Assembly: GCA_963796275.1 (NCBI GenBank)
Contig: CAWCKY010000003.1
Location: 928,001-992,000, forward strand
Length of the DNA: 64,000 nt
Direction of reading: 5' to 3'
From: an uncultured Acidobacteriota bacterium
GTDB taxonomy: Bacteria > Acidobacteriota > Blastocatellia > RBC074
A model generated the notes under the pieces. The model had not been told where the DNA came from. It was given only the letters and a program-made list of their open reading frames with translations, and ran no database searches. The position numbers and the translations under genes are program-made. Below are positions 25,766 to 35,219 of this stretch, one piece after another (the first letter of the stretch is position 1; each line of letters starts with the position of its first letter).

Positions 25766-26800
25766 CTACAAGTGGTCGATGATAACGTTTACCATTGCGG
25801 ATGTCTTGGCAGACCCTCCCAGGTCGGGGGTGACGGTGCGGCCCTCTTTGATGACCGTTCGCACGGCATCGCGGATACGCTGAGCGGCCTCGACCTCGCC
25901 CAGATAGTCGAGCATCATTGCACCCGAAAGTATGAGCGCAGCCGGATTGACTCTGTTCTGTCCGGCCAGATCCGGGGCGGCGCCATGCGCGGCTTCGAAG
26001 ATCGCGACTCCCTCGCCAAAACATGCTCCGGGCGCCAGTCCGAAACTGCCGACCAATCCCGCGCATAAGTCTGAGATGATATCCCCGTATTGATTGGACA
26101 TCAGCAGAACATCCCAGCCTTCGGGCTGGGATGCGAGCTGATAAACGCACGAATCGATCATTGCGTCATCGCATTTGATCTTCGAATAATCGCCGGAGAC
26201 ATCGCGCACCGTACGGAGAAATAGACCATCGGTCAGTTGCAGTACATTGGCTTTATGAATCACGCTCAGGCGCTTGCGACGGTGCCGCACCGCATATTCA
26301 AAGGCAAACCGCGCGACCCGTTCCGATGCTTTGCGGGTCGTAATTTTGACAGCCTCGGCCGCGTCCTCGCCGATGCGGTGTTCATAGCCGCTATAAATGT
26401 CTTCGGTCAATTCGCGGATGACGACCACGTCGAGTTTCGGCGCGTGCGCACGAACACCTTCGAAAGCGCGCACCGGGCGTACATTGACGAAAGCCCCGAG
26501 CTCGAGCCGCAATGCCGTATTGACGTTTGAATATATGCGCTGGGTATGATCATCTTGCGCGATTACGACTTTGCTGCCCATCTTTTCGATAATTACCGGG
26601 CTTTTGAGCACAACGCCGCTGTTGCGAATCTTCGCGATAGATGCGGTAGGCAGCGGGTTTCCGTACTCCGCCTCTGCCGCCTGGCCGATGAGCGCATGGT
26701 CGAACTCGCATTTGATGCCGGTCGCCTCAATCACACGAATCGCGGCATCACTGATTTCAGGACCTACGCCGTCACCGCGAATGACTGTGATCTTATGCAT
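25766..26800 (-). CDS. Isocitrate/isopropylmalate dehydrogenase family (NAD-IDH-like)
   Basis: GDGVGPEI, IRELTEDIY, HKANV, NQYGDIISD, FEAAHGAAPDLAG, NP. Confidence 0.92.
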   Translation of the reverse strand: MHKITVIRGDGVGPEISDAAIRVIEATGIKCEFDHALIGQAAEAEYGNPLPTASIAKIRNSGVVLKSPVIIEKMGSKVVIAQDDHTQRIYSNVNTALRLELGAFVNVRPVRAFEGVRAHAPKLDVVVIRELTEDIYSGYEHRIGEDAAEAVKITTRKASERVARFAFEYAVRHRRKRLSVIHKANVLQLTDGLFLRTVRDVSGDYSKIKCDDAMIDSCVYQLASQPEGWDVLLMSNQYGDIISDLCAGLVGSFGLAPGACFGEGVAIFEAAHGAAPDLAGQNRVNPAALILSGAMMLDYLGEVEAAQRIRDAVRTVIKEGRTVTPDLGGSAKTSAMVNVIIDHL

Positions 26801-26965
26801 AAATTGTTATCGGTCGGCCAGGCAATAAGAAAACAGATGATAAAAAGGTAGGAGAGTTTCGCAATGTGCATATCTCCCCTTCTGTCTCCATGTTCTCTGG
26901 ACTCTCCGTCTCACTATTCCTTACCCTCTTCCCCCTTGGCTCCTCGCCCCTTCACTCTTCCAATT

Positions 26966-27718
26966 TTATCTTTTGCGTAGCGCCTGCCGAATCGCGGAGT
27001 CCGCCAGCGGAGCCATTAATTTATATCCCTCTGCATTGGGGTGGAGTCCGTCGTTGGCCAATTCGATTCTGAGCATGCCTTTATCATCGACCATCTTACT
27101 GAAGTAGTCGAGGTGAACGTATCCATTTTCGGCGCAATAATTCTTGATCCACTGATTGAGTTGCAGTATCTGCTCAGGCGAGCGGCGCTCGGTGACTTTC
27201 GTCTTTCCGTAATCGTGAACCGGCAACACTGAAGCGAACACGATCTTGATGCCGTTGGCCCGCGCGAGCTCTGCCATAGAAGCGTAGTTGTCCTGGATCA
27301 TCTCGTTCGTCATGGGGCCGGTGTTACCCGCAATGTCATTGGTACCGGCAAGAATCACAACCACCTTCGGTTTGAGCGCGATGACGTCAGGTCGGAAACG
27401 AATAAGCATCTGCGGTGTCGTCTGTCCGCTGATGCCACGATTGATATAAGGTTGGTCTGGAAAATATTCGGCCAAATTCCAGCCATCGGTGATCGAATCG
27501 CCGAGGAAGACGACTCGATTTTCGTTCTTCGCAGCGGGTGGTACTTTAGCGTTGGCATCGCGATAGCGAGCGAGCTGTGGCCAGTCCTGTGCGCGTCGTT
27601 GCAATATTTCTATACGATTTTTCAGCACATCCGGCGAATCATTCGTCTGGTTTTGCGCAGAAACCATGACCGGTAACGACAACAAGATTATAAGAATGAG
27701 ATGGGGGCGTTGTTTCAT
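26966..27718 (-). CDS. Secreted SGNH/GDSL hydrolase
   Basis: GDSIT, NRGISGQ, GTND, DGLHP; signal peptide. Confidence 0.95.
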   Translation of the reverse strand: MKQRPHLILIILLSLPVMVSAQNQTNDSPDVLKNRIEILQRRAQDWPQLARYRDANAKVPPAAKNENRVVFLGDSITDGWNLAEYFPDQPYINRGISGQTTPQMLIRFRPDVIALKPKVVVILAGTNDIAGNTGPMTNEMIQDNYASMAELARANGIKIVFASVLPVHDYGKTKVTERRSPEQILQLNQWIKNYCAENGYVHLDYFSKMVDDKGMLRIELANDGLHPNAEGYKLMAPLADSAIRQALRKR

Positions 27719-27867
27719 AATGAAATTTCCCTCTGGGTAATAACCTGCTCTTCTAACTAAGTCATTTGATTTTTATATGGCAGTCAATTTCGTATAAGCA
27801 CCGCAAGCCCTAGCCAATGGTGCTTTTAATCGGATCGATCTATGTCATATAGCTTCTTGCCGTCAAC

Positions 27868-29721
27868 CTAGTTATTCTGAAGTTTCATCCACACGCTATA
27901 TCGGCTGCTCGCCGCAGCGAACGGCACGAGACGCAATGTGCTTCGGCCGGTTTTCTGATTTTCTATTTCAGTCTCGTATACCGGTAAACCATCCGCATCG
28001 CGATATGTCGCACTCGGTTTGAGCTGTGGCTGGCTATTAGACAATGCGATCGCAGTGAGGTTGGACAGACCGGAGTTGTATAGCTCGTCTACCGCTAAAA
28101 CCTGTGGGCCTCGGGCGATCGCGATCTTCCCGGAATTACTACCTTCTCCAGGAATAATGCGGACAGGGATGTCGAAATCGAGTTTGATCGTTTGCGTGCG
28201 GCTCCAGGTTTGTCGCAGCAGCCAGTAATCTCCCGGTTTCACCTTCAGCCCATCGATCTTCGACCAGGATGGGACGCGTACGCGCAATCCGAACTTCATC
28301 GGCTTGGGGACAGTCACTGTGATACTTACGGCTCCATTTAACGGGAACAAGGTTTCCTGTCTTACGGTCACCGTCTCGCCATTGATTTTCAGGGAAGCGC
28401 TGCTCGACGTCAGAAAATTTATGACGATGCCATCATCGCTCGTCATATAGGCGAAGGTCGGTAGCAGAGCCCATCCGCGCGGTCCGCTCGATGTACTGCA
28501 GTTCTGTTCAGTCAGGTAGTTTTTCTTCCCGTCGAGGGCGGTGAAGTAAGACCATGCCGAGCCGTCTGGTTTCTGCGCTGCGGCCAGATGGTTATAAAAA
28601 GTCTTCTCCAGTTCCTCGGCATAACGCGGATCACCGGTCAGCCGCAAAAGATGGTTCGTCAATTGAATCCAGCTTACCGTCACACAAGTCTCAGCCGTAT
28701 TGTCATTCGCGCCGCTCAGGAATTGTCGCGGAGAAGTCCAACACTCACGGCTGCTGCCGCTTCCGGTGATCAAAAGCTGATTGGCGGCGATGTCTTTCCA
28801 GGCGTTGATCGCCGGGATGAGATAACGCTGCTCTCCGGTTGCCCGATGCAGCTCACACAGCCCGACGATGCACGATAACATCTCGTAGGCTTTTCCATCG
28901 GCCGTCAGTTTCACCGATCCCTTCTCCGTCAACGTGCTGATTATCTTTGGTCCGTTGTTGGCCTCCCAATGATCGGCGATGAACCGGGCGAAACTGAGAT
29001 ACTTTTCATTGCCAGTCGCGCGATAGAGGAGCACCATAGGTTCGAGGACGCTCCCGGAAGCCATTCCGACGTTCGTGCTGCGTTCATTTAAGTCGAGCCT
29101 CATCCCCGATTCACCGTTTAGGCTGAATGTTGAGACGAGCAGGTCGCCGATCTTCTTCGATGCTTCGAGCGATGCTTGATCTCCCGTATGGATATGATAT
29201 GTGAGGAGACCCAGCAAGATGTATTTATGCACCCATACGTCCCACTGCTGATCCTTATTCATTCCCCAATGCCCGCCGTCGACATAGGTTCCCAGATAAC
29301 CGTCTTCCTGCTGTGCTGCGATGAGCCGGGAGACGACCCGATCGAGTTTCACGCGCAGGGCCTCGTTCTTTGTGTTGGCCCAGGTGAGCGTAGCGGCATG
29401 GAGCCATTTGCCCACGTGATGGCCGACATAAGGTTGTTTTCCAGGACGGTTTTGAAAACCGCTGAGCATCTCATCCTCGTTTTTCGTCAATAAGCGCGCC
29501 ATCTCATTCTTACGATATCGGTCGCCGAGGATCCCTTGCAGCTTGATATCGCCCGGAGCCGATGGCACGAAGCGGTCGCTTACTTTATCGATGGTACGAT
29601 CGGTAGATTGTGATACGTCGAGTTGATAAATCTGATGACTGCTCTTCTCAATAACAAATGTAGGTATCGCTGACACCGAAATAATCTGCAGTAGTGATCT
29701 GCGTGAGATTTTTTCACCCAT
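27868..29721 (-). CDS. GH127-like (beta-L-arabinofuranosidase family) glycoside hydrolase with Tat-like signal
   Basis: ISRRSLL, QQEDGYL, GKAYEM, ETC, YNHL, LRVRVPSW, RGPQVLA. Confidence 0.88.
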   Translation of the reverse strand: MGEKISRRSLLQIISVSAIPTFVIEKSSHQIYQLDVSQSTDRTIDKVSDRFVPSAPGDIKLQGILGDRYRKNEMARLLTKNEDEMLSGFQNRPGKQPYVGHHVGKWLHAATLTWANTKNEALRVKLDRVVSRLIAAQQEDGYLGTYVDGGHWGMNKDQQWDVWVHKYILLGLLTYHIHTGDQASLEASKKIGDLLVSTFSLNGESGMRLDLNERSTNVGMASGSVLEPMVLLYRATGNEKYLSFARFIADHWEANNGPKIISTLTEKGSVKLTADGKAYEMLSCIVGLCELHRATGEQRYLIPAINAWKDIAANQLLITGSGSSRECWTSPRQFLSGANDNTAETCVTVSWIQLTNHLLRLTGDPRYAEELEKTFYNHLAAAQKPDGSAWSYFTALDGKKNYLTEQNCSTSSGPRGWALLPTFAYMTSDDGIVINFLTSSSASLKINGETVTVRQETLFPLNGAVSITVTVPKPMKFGLRVRVPSWSKIDGLKVKPGDYWLLRQTWSRTQTIKLDFDIPVRIIPGEGSNSGKIAIARGPQVLAVDELYNSGLSNLTAIALSNSQPQLKPSATYRDADGLPVYETEIENQKTGRSTLRLVPFAAASSRYSVWMKLQNN

Positions 29722-30118
29722 TAAGCCTCCGTTGAGAAAGCATAAACTTTATCGGTTAATTATAGCGGGCACTTGAGTTAGTAAAAGTTAGCATGCCCTC
29801 GTCTTGTTGGCGAGCGCCACTAGTCTATGAAATGTATCATCACCGAGCGAGTAGATGCAAAAAAGTTGAGCACCAACTTGGATAGTGATAAAAGCTGTCG
29901 TACGGTTTGGATAACTTTTTGAAAAAACGGTTTTTTGAATTCAGGATTGGCTGCTGAGAACCCGTTGCTGAACCCTCGCAGGGTTATTAAGACTGTCTAT
30001 CATGACCGATTGGCTGAGGGAGGCTCAATCGAATAATCAGCAGGAACGAAGCGACCGCGCCGCGAAGATCGAGGTAATCCGGCGTTGCATTATATAAATT
30101 CCACAAGAGGAGTCGTTC

Positions 30119-30883
30119 ATGGCATCACAAAAGATGAGAATCCTTTCTAGTTGCATCCTTATTACAACCGCTATTTTGCTGGCTGCGCTGGTTTCCGGGG
30201 CGGAGCAAAAAAGATCTACCGCGATCGTCGAAGAGCCGATAATTACCGGCTTCAAAAAAACATACACGGCATCCGTCTCCGACGCAGTTGAACTGGTTAC
30301 GGGCAAGCGAGGCTTTATGTCCCACGATATGCGACCTGTGGTCTCGGGACAGATCGTCGGGCGTGCCGTAACATCACTGGTCAAACCTGCGTCTCCCGAG
30401 AATGCCACACCTACGCTCTCCACCAAGCATTCGGTCGAGATGATCGATAATGCAAAGCCAGGTGAAGTGGGGGTGATAGTAATGGAAAATGGGCTGGACG
30501 TTGCCGCCATTGGAAATCTGATGGCGACGGCGGCGAAAGAGCGCGGCATGGCCGGGATGGTTCTGGATGGAGGAGTTCGTGATGTTGACGATCTGCGCAC
30601 GATGCGTTTGACCGTCTACGCGCGTTCAGTTGTGCCTTCTACGGCGGTCGGCCGGTTCGCCACAGTAGCCCGGAACATTCCGGTCGAATGTGCAGGTGTA
30701 ACGGTCAGACCCGGCGATATTATAGTGGCGAACGATGACGGCGTGGTCGTTGTGCCGCAAGAGCGTGCGGAGGAGGTGCTCAAGCGCGCGCTCGAGATCG
30801 ACGAGCGCGAGAAGAAGATGTATCCGCTCATCCGCAAACATAAGGGGCTTCAGAAAGCGATCGAGACATTCAATCGTATTTGA
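30119..30883 (+). CDS. RraA/HMG-aldolase family protein with signal peptide
   Basis: TASVSDA, GNLMA, DGGVRD, VRPGDIIVANDDGVVVVP. Confidence 0.9.
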   Translation: MASQKMRILSSCILITTAILLAALVSGAEQKRSTAIVEEPIITGFKKTYTASVSDAVELVTGKRGFMSHDMRPVVSGQIVGRAVTSLVKPASPENATPTLSTKHSVEMIDNAKPGEVGVIVMENGLDVAAIGNLMATAAKERGMAGMVLDGGVRDVDDLRTMRLTVYARSVVPSTAVGRFATVARNIPVECAGVTVRPGDIIVANDDGVVVVPQERAEEVLKRALEIDEREKKMYPLIRKHKGLQKAIETFNRI

Positions 30884-30886
30884 GCG

Positions 30887-32194
30887 CTACCATCGAACTT
30901 TGTGCTGGTCCTGTGGATATTTGGGGTCCCATTTTTTCAACAGCTCATGGCGTGTCTTGATGCGCGGTATATTTTCCCTGAGCGCGGCCATCTTGTCGGA
31001 ATCTATTTCGACGCCGAGGCCGGGGCCCTCAGGCAAACGCATCTTTCCGGCTTTGAACTGCAACATTGGCCCTTTGATGATGTCCTGAGTCGTCCAGGGA
31101 TAGTGGGTGTCCGCATGATAGTTGACGCGCGAAATGGCGCAGTTCATGTGCGTCATCATCGCCATCGAGATGCCGAGATGGTTGTTGCTATGTCCCGAAC
31201 ATCCCCAATTCAACGCTTCACAGATCGCCGCCCAGTATCGCACGTTGTTCAATCCGCCCATGTAATGGTTGTCGAGGAGGACGATGTCGATTGAACCCTT
31301 CTGAACGGCGGGGATGATATGTTCCATCCTCGTCACTACCATATTGGTGGCAAGCGGAATTTTCGTTTGTTTGCGGACAGCGGCCATGCCGTCGAGCCCC
31401 GGTGTCGGGTCTTCCAGATATTCCATCTCCAGATTCTCGATTGCCCTGGCGACGCGCACCGATGTCTCCACGCCCCAGGCTGCGTTCGGATCGATGCGTA
31501 GTGGGGCTTGGGGGAATGCGGTGCGCATCAATCGCAATGCCTCGATCTCTTTATCCGGATCGAGCACGCCGCCTTTGAATTTGCATGACGTGAAACCGTA
31601 TTTCCTATTGAAATCGGCGAACTCGCGGGCCACCGCTTCGGGCGTTGTGATATCCGGGCCGTCAGGGACTGGCATGACGAAGAAGATGTATGCTGAATAG
31701 GGAGCCTCCTCCCGGTAAGCGCCTCCGATCAGATCGACCACTCGCCGATCGATAACTCTGCCGATGATGTCGAGGCAGGCGACCTCTACCGCGCCGAACG
31801 CATTGTTGTTCTTGATATTCCGGCGGAAGTATTCGATCTCGAACGGATCGCGTCCCAGCACTACGTCGCGTGCAGCCTCGATCTCCTTGATTTGCGGGCC
31901 TATCTCGGCGATGCCCTTGTAACCATTATCGGTTTCAAGCTCGAGAATTGTGCGTTTGAAATGCGAATCGTGCACGTTCCAGGAGTTAAGCAGCGCATAA
32001 TCGGGCGAAGCTACGAGCGTCGCCGTCATCTTGCTGATCTTCATCTTGCTGCGCGGGGGCAATGCGCGCGGGTTGCCGCTGCGTTTTACACCGTAGGCGT
32101 TACGATCGAAAGCCAGGACCATGTCTTCGATACTGCTGAGTCCGGTTACGCCAGCCGCTGTAGCTATCCAGTTGCGACGACTCCAATCAGTCAT
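30887..32194 (-). CDS. Glucarate dehydratase-like enolase-superfamily enzyme with Tat signal
   Basis: SRRNWI, KFKGGV, RIDPN, YLEDP, LATNM, HSNNHLGIS, DTHYPW, PGLGVE. Confidence 0.9.
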   Translation of the reverse strand: MTDWSRRNWIATAAGVTGLSSIEDMVLAFDRNAYGVKRSGNPRALPPRSKMKISKMTATLVASPDYALLNSWNVHDSHFKRTILELETDNGYKGIAEIGPQIKEIEAARDVVLGRDPFEIEYFRRNIKNNNAFGAVEVACLDIIGRVIDRRVVDLIGGAYREEAPYSAYIFFVMPVPDGPDITTPEAVAREFADFNRKYGFTSCKFKGGVLDPDKEIEALRLMRTAFPQAPLRIDPNAAWGVETSVRVARAIENLEMEYLEDPTPGLDGMAAVRKQTKIPLATNMVVTRMEHIIPAVQKGSIDIVLLDNHYMGGLNNVRYWAAICEALNWGCSGHSNNHLGISMAMMTHMNCAISRVNYHADTHYPWTTQDIIKGPMLQFKAGKMRLPEGPGLGVEIDSDKMAALRENIPRIKTRHELLKKWDPKYPQDQHKVRW

Positions 32195-32217
32195 GGTTGC
32201 TCCTTGGGAAATTGTTG

Positions 32218-32284
32218 GGAGTTCCGCCTTCAGGCGGTCAGGAAATCATGCGAACAGAAAAAGACCGCGTAAACGCGGAACTCC
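32218..32284. repeat. REP-like doublet (GGAGTTCCGCCTTCAGGCGG...CCGCGTAAACGCGGAACTCC)
   Basis: Two inverted palindromic arms with GGAG feet. Confidence 0.65.
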
Positions 32285-32305
32285 AAACGCGGTATCACAT
32301 GCTCT

Positions 32306-33067
32306 TCAGGTCCGCATGGCCTGCAGATAACTGCGACAAGCCGAGCTCAATAAAGACTCAAGACCGATCACGATGTACTTCGCACCGCGCTCTCTCCAGG
32401 CTTGGGCAGCCTGAACATTAGACACAAGCACACCGAGCGCTTTGTCGGATTGATTAACGGCAGTGATGATGCGATTCAGAGCGGCGTGCATCGTCGAATG
32501 CTCGGTATCGCCCGGCACGCCGAGCGAATGCGACAGGTCGGTCTGCCCAATGAAGATCACGTCGATATCCGGCACTTCGATGATCTCGGCGATCTGTTCG
32601 GCGGCGGTGCCGGTTTCAACCTGGGCAATAACCATCGTTTCCTTGTTGGCTTGTACGACGTAGTCTTTAAATGGTTGGCGTTGCGCATAATCGTCCGCCC
32701 GCACTCCGGCTAATCCGCGTACCCCGCGTGGATGATATTTGACTGCCCGCACTGCGGCCTCTGCCTCCGCCTTAGAATTGATCATCGGGATTTGAGCGCC
32801 CTGGATGCCTGTGTCGAGGTAACGAAGAATTATGGGCGGCTGGTTGGTCGTTACGCGCACGAGCGTCGTGATATCGTGCAATTCAGCGGCACGCGCCAGA
32901 TTCTCGCAATCGCGCGGTTCAAGCGTGCCGTGTTCGCCGTCGAACAGAATGAAGTCCCAGCCCTGATAACCGAGAACATCTACGATGCCGGGTTCAGGGT
33001 ATCGGTAAAAGCAGCCGAACACAGTCTCACCCGCAGTTAGCTTTGCTTTAGTCTTGTTAACTCGCAC
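32306..33067 (-). CDS. HpcH/HpaI aldolase family protein
   Basis: FDGEHG, LVRV, YHPRGVRG, AQVET, FIGQTDLSHSLG; GTG start. Confidence 0.93.
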   Translation of the reverse strand: MRVNKTKAKLTAGETVFGCFYRYPEPGIVDVLGYQGWDFILFDGEHGTLEPRDCENLARAAELHDITTLVRVTTNQPPIILRYLDTGIQGAQIPMINSKAEAEAAVRAVKYHPRGVRGLAGVRADDYAQRQPFKDYVVQANKETMVIAQVETGTAAEQIAEIIEVPDIDVIFIGQTDLSHSLGVPGDTEHSTMHAALNRIITAVNQSDKALGVLVSNVQAAQAWRERGAKYIVIGLESLLSSACRSYLQAMRT

Positions 33068-33186
33068 TCTAACCTCTCATATCCGGGGGGAACGCCAGTT
33101 TCATTATGACTTGGAAATGATTGTTCGGCGGATAGACTAAGGCTGAATCGGGTTATAGCACAAGGCCCGATGATGCCATTGACAAT

Positions 33187-34134
33187 TCAGTTGTCAAAAA
33201 TACCGTTCCACAGAGCGCGAATATAGGCTGCATTGCATCCACAACACCCGCCAAGATATCCGATGCCTTCGGCCTTTGCCATACGGCCGATATCGGAGAA
33301 CTCTTTTCTCGCCACCTGAATCGTCTCCATCTCGTCCGGGAATTCAGGGAGACGGGTGAAGCATGGGGTTTCATCCGTAGTTCGGAAGGCCGCAGGCTGA
33401 GCTGCTAACGGGATATCGACTGCTGAACGCATCTCGCGCAAAACCTTCAACATTCTATCCGGCTCCTGCTCGCAGTTCGCCCCCACGAGGTGGGCGCCGG
33501 CGGCGTTCATTTGCCGGGCGCACTCAGCCGGCGAGTGCCCATCGTTCGATTGATCCAGGCGGGGCCGGAAGCTCATCGTGGCGATCAGCGGCAGCCGGCT
33601 TCCGCGCGCGCAATCGAGCGCGATCAACATCTCTTCGAGATGGAAGAAAGTTTCGAAGATCAGAAAATCCACGCCGGCTTCGGCCAGAAGGCGTACCTGC
33701 TCGGTCAGCAACTCACTCACATAAGCGGCTGCACCGCGCCCTTCGCGCTCGAAGAGCTGTGTGCGTGAGACCGATCCTGCCACCAGGGCTCTCCCGGCTG
33801 CCGCGTCGCGCGCGATCTCTACCGCGGCCCGATTGATCGCCTCGGTCTCACCCCCGTAGCCGGCCCGGGTCAGCTTCTCTCTGGTGCCGAAGAAAGTCAG
33901 CGCCTGTAATACCTGAGCCCCTGCGTCTAGAAATTCGAGGTGCAACTGGCGTAAAGCCTCGGGGTGTTCAATAGCTACTTCGGGCGTAAATTGCCCGCTG
34001 CCTCGTCCTGTCCCCACTTTCTCGCGCTTCGAGCCGCTATCGACATAGCCGCGCCGTTCGAGTTCGATCAGATACCCGCCGTCTCCAAGTACGATCCCCT
34101 GCTCTTTGATCAGGCCTAAAATATCTGCTCTCAT
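33187..34134 (-). CDS. Homocysteine S-methyltransferase family protein, BHMT-like
   Basis: GDGGYLIELERRGYV, TPEVAIEHPEALRQLH.EF, GANC and GGCCG zinc ligands. Confidence 0.92.
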   Translation of the reverse strand: MRADILGLIKEQGIVLGDGGYLIELERRGYVDSGSKREKVGTGRGSGQFTPEVAIEHPEALRQLHLEFLDAGAQVLQALTFFGTREKLTRAGYGGETEAINRAAVEIARDAAAGRALVAGSVSRTQLFEREGRGAAAYVSELLTEQVRLLAEAGVDFLIFETFFHLEEMLIALDCARGSRLPLIATMSFRPRLDQSNDGHSPAECARQMNAAGAHLVGANCEQEPDRMLKVLREMRSAVDIPLAAQPAAFRTTDETPCFTRLPEFPDEMETIQVARKEFSDIGRMAKAEGIGYLGGCCGCNAAYIRALWNGIFDN

Positions 34135-35072
34135 CTATTCTCCTTCATAGAATCATGATGGCGCCAAAAGTTCATGGCGGCGCCGATCACGCCATTCTCA
34201 GCAAGCGCGGCGTGTTGAATGGGAAGATTGCGTCTGGCGTCCGCCCAGATGTGTTCGCGTGTCGAGCGGACGAAGCAATCCCAATATAGTCCTTCGCAAA
34301 GCCCCAACCCGCCGCCGACCACAATTGCTTCCGGATCGAGCACATTAACCAGTAACCCCGCAGTCACGCCCAGCGCGGCGCCCCCGGTGCGGAGTATTTC
34401 GCAGGCCCACTCGTCGCCGTCTGACGCGGCTTTGATAATTTGCTCAGCCCGTCCGATCTTCTCTGAAGCATAAGGTTGATAACGCCTGGCCAGGGCGGGG
34501 CCTGAAGCATATTCTTCAAGTGTGATTTGGTTGCTTGCTCCACATTCCGCGCATATTGAAGTCAGCGGGCTGTTGGCGCAGACCAATGCGTCTCCATGAG
34601 CGCCGGCATAAGGCTGCTTGTCTTGCACTAGACAGCAACTGATGCCAGTTCCGACCGTGAGATATAGGAAAATCTCGTACTCTCGGCCCGATCCGAGCAT
34701 CGCTTCAGCTAGCGCGGCGGCGCGCACGTCTGCTTCGACTGTTGTCGGAGCGATCTTCGAGAGGCGTTGTTGAACAGGCCGCCCGCACCACTTAATAATA
34801 TGGCCGCTCGTGACATTACCCTGCAGATCGACCAATTCGGCCACACATAGCCCAATTCCCGCGACCTTCAGCCTCGATTGACTAGCCCTTTTTATCAGTT
34901 CGACTGAGAGCAACTCGACCTCTTGCAACAGTGCCTCACCACCGCGCTCGGCGCCGGTGGGAATCAGGCAAGGGAACAGAACGTCACCCGCCTGCGTCAC
35001 CACTCCTGCGGCGATCTTGCTTCCTCCGACATCAATGCCGACCGCGCAAATTGAGGTCAGGTCTTCAAGCAT
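34131..35072 (-). CDS. ROK family sugar kinase
   Basis: GIDVGGSKI, EADVRAAALAE, YLTVGTGIS, LEEYASG, PEAIVVGGG; 4-nt overlap with the methyltransferase. Confidence 0.92.
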   Translation of the reverse strand: MLEDLTSICAVGIDVGGSKIAAGVVTQAGDVLFPCLIPTGAERGGEALLQEVELLSVELIKRASQSRLKVAGIGLCVAELVDLQGNVTSGHIIKWCGRPVQQRLSKIAPTTVEADVRAAALAEAMLGSGREYEIFLYLTVGTGISCCLVQDKQPYAGAHGDALVCANSPLTSICAECGASNQITLEEYASGPALARRYQPYASEKIGRAEQIIKAASDGDEWACEILRTGGAALGVTAGLLVNVLDPEAIVVGGGLGLCEGLYWDCFVRSTREHIWADARRNLPIQHAALAENGVIGAAMNFWRHHDSMKENR

Positions 35073-35084
35073 AGGAGCCCCCAG

Positions 35085-35219
35085 ATCATTTGTCATTCGT
35101 CATTTGTCATTCGTCATTTGTCACTTGTCACTTGTCATTCGTCACTTGTATCGAACCGGTCAATTTCTCTGCAATGACAACTGTTAAATGACAAATGACA
35201 AATGACAAATTACAAATGA
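35085..35219. repeat. Heptamer inverted tandem repeat (TGTCATT/CGTCATT)n...(AATGACA)n
   Basis: Roughly 9 copies facing roughly 5 inverted copies inside the operon. Confidence 0.85.

Noticed and set aside
29958-29985. Resemblance to the 3' end of a c-di-AMP (ydaO) riboswitch
   Set aside because: The upstream conserved blocks are missing; kept only as an unassigned structure
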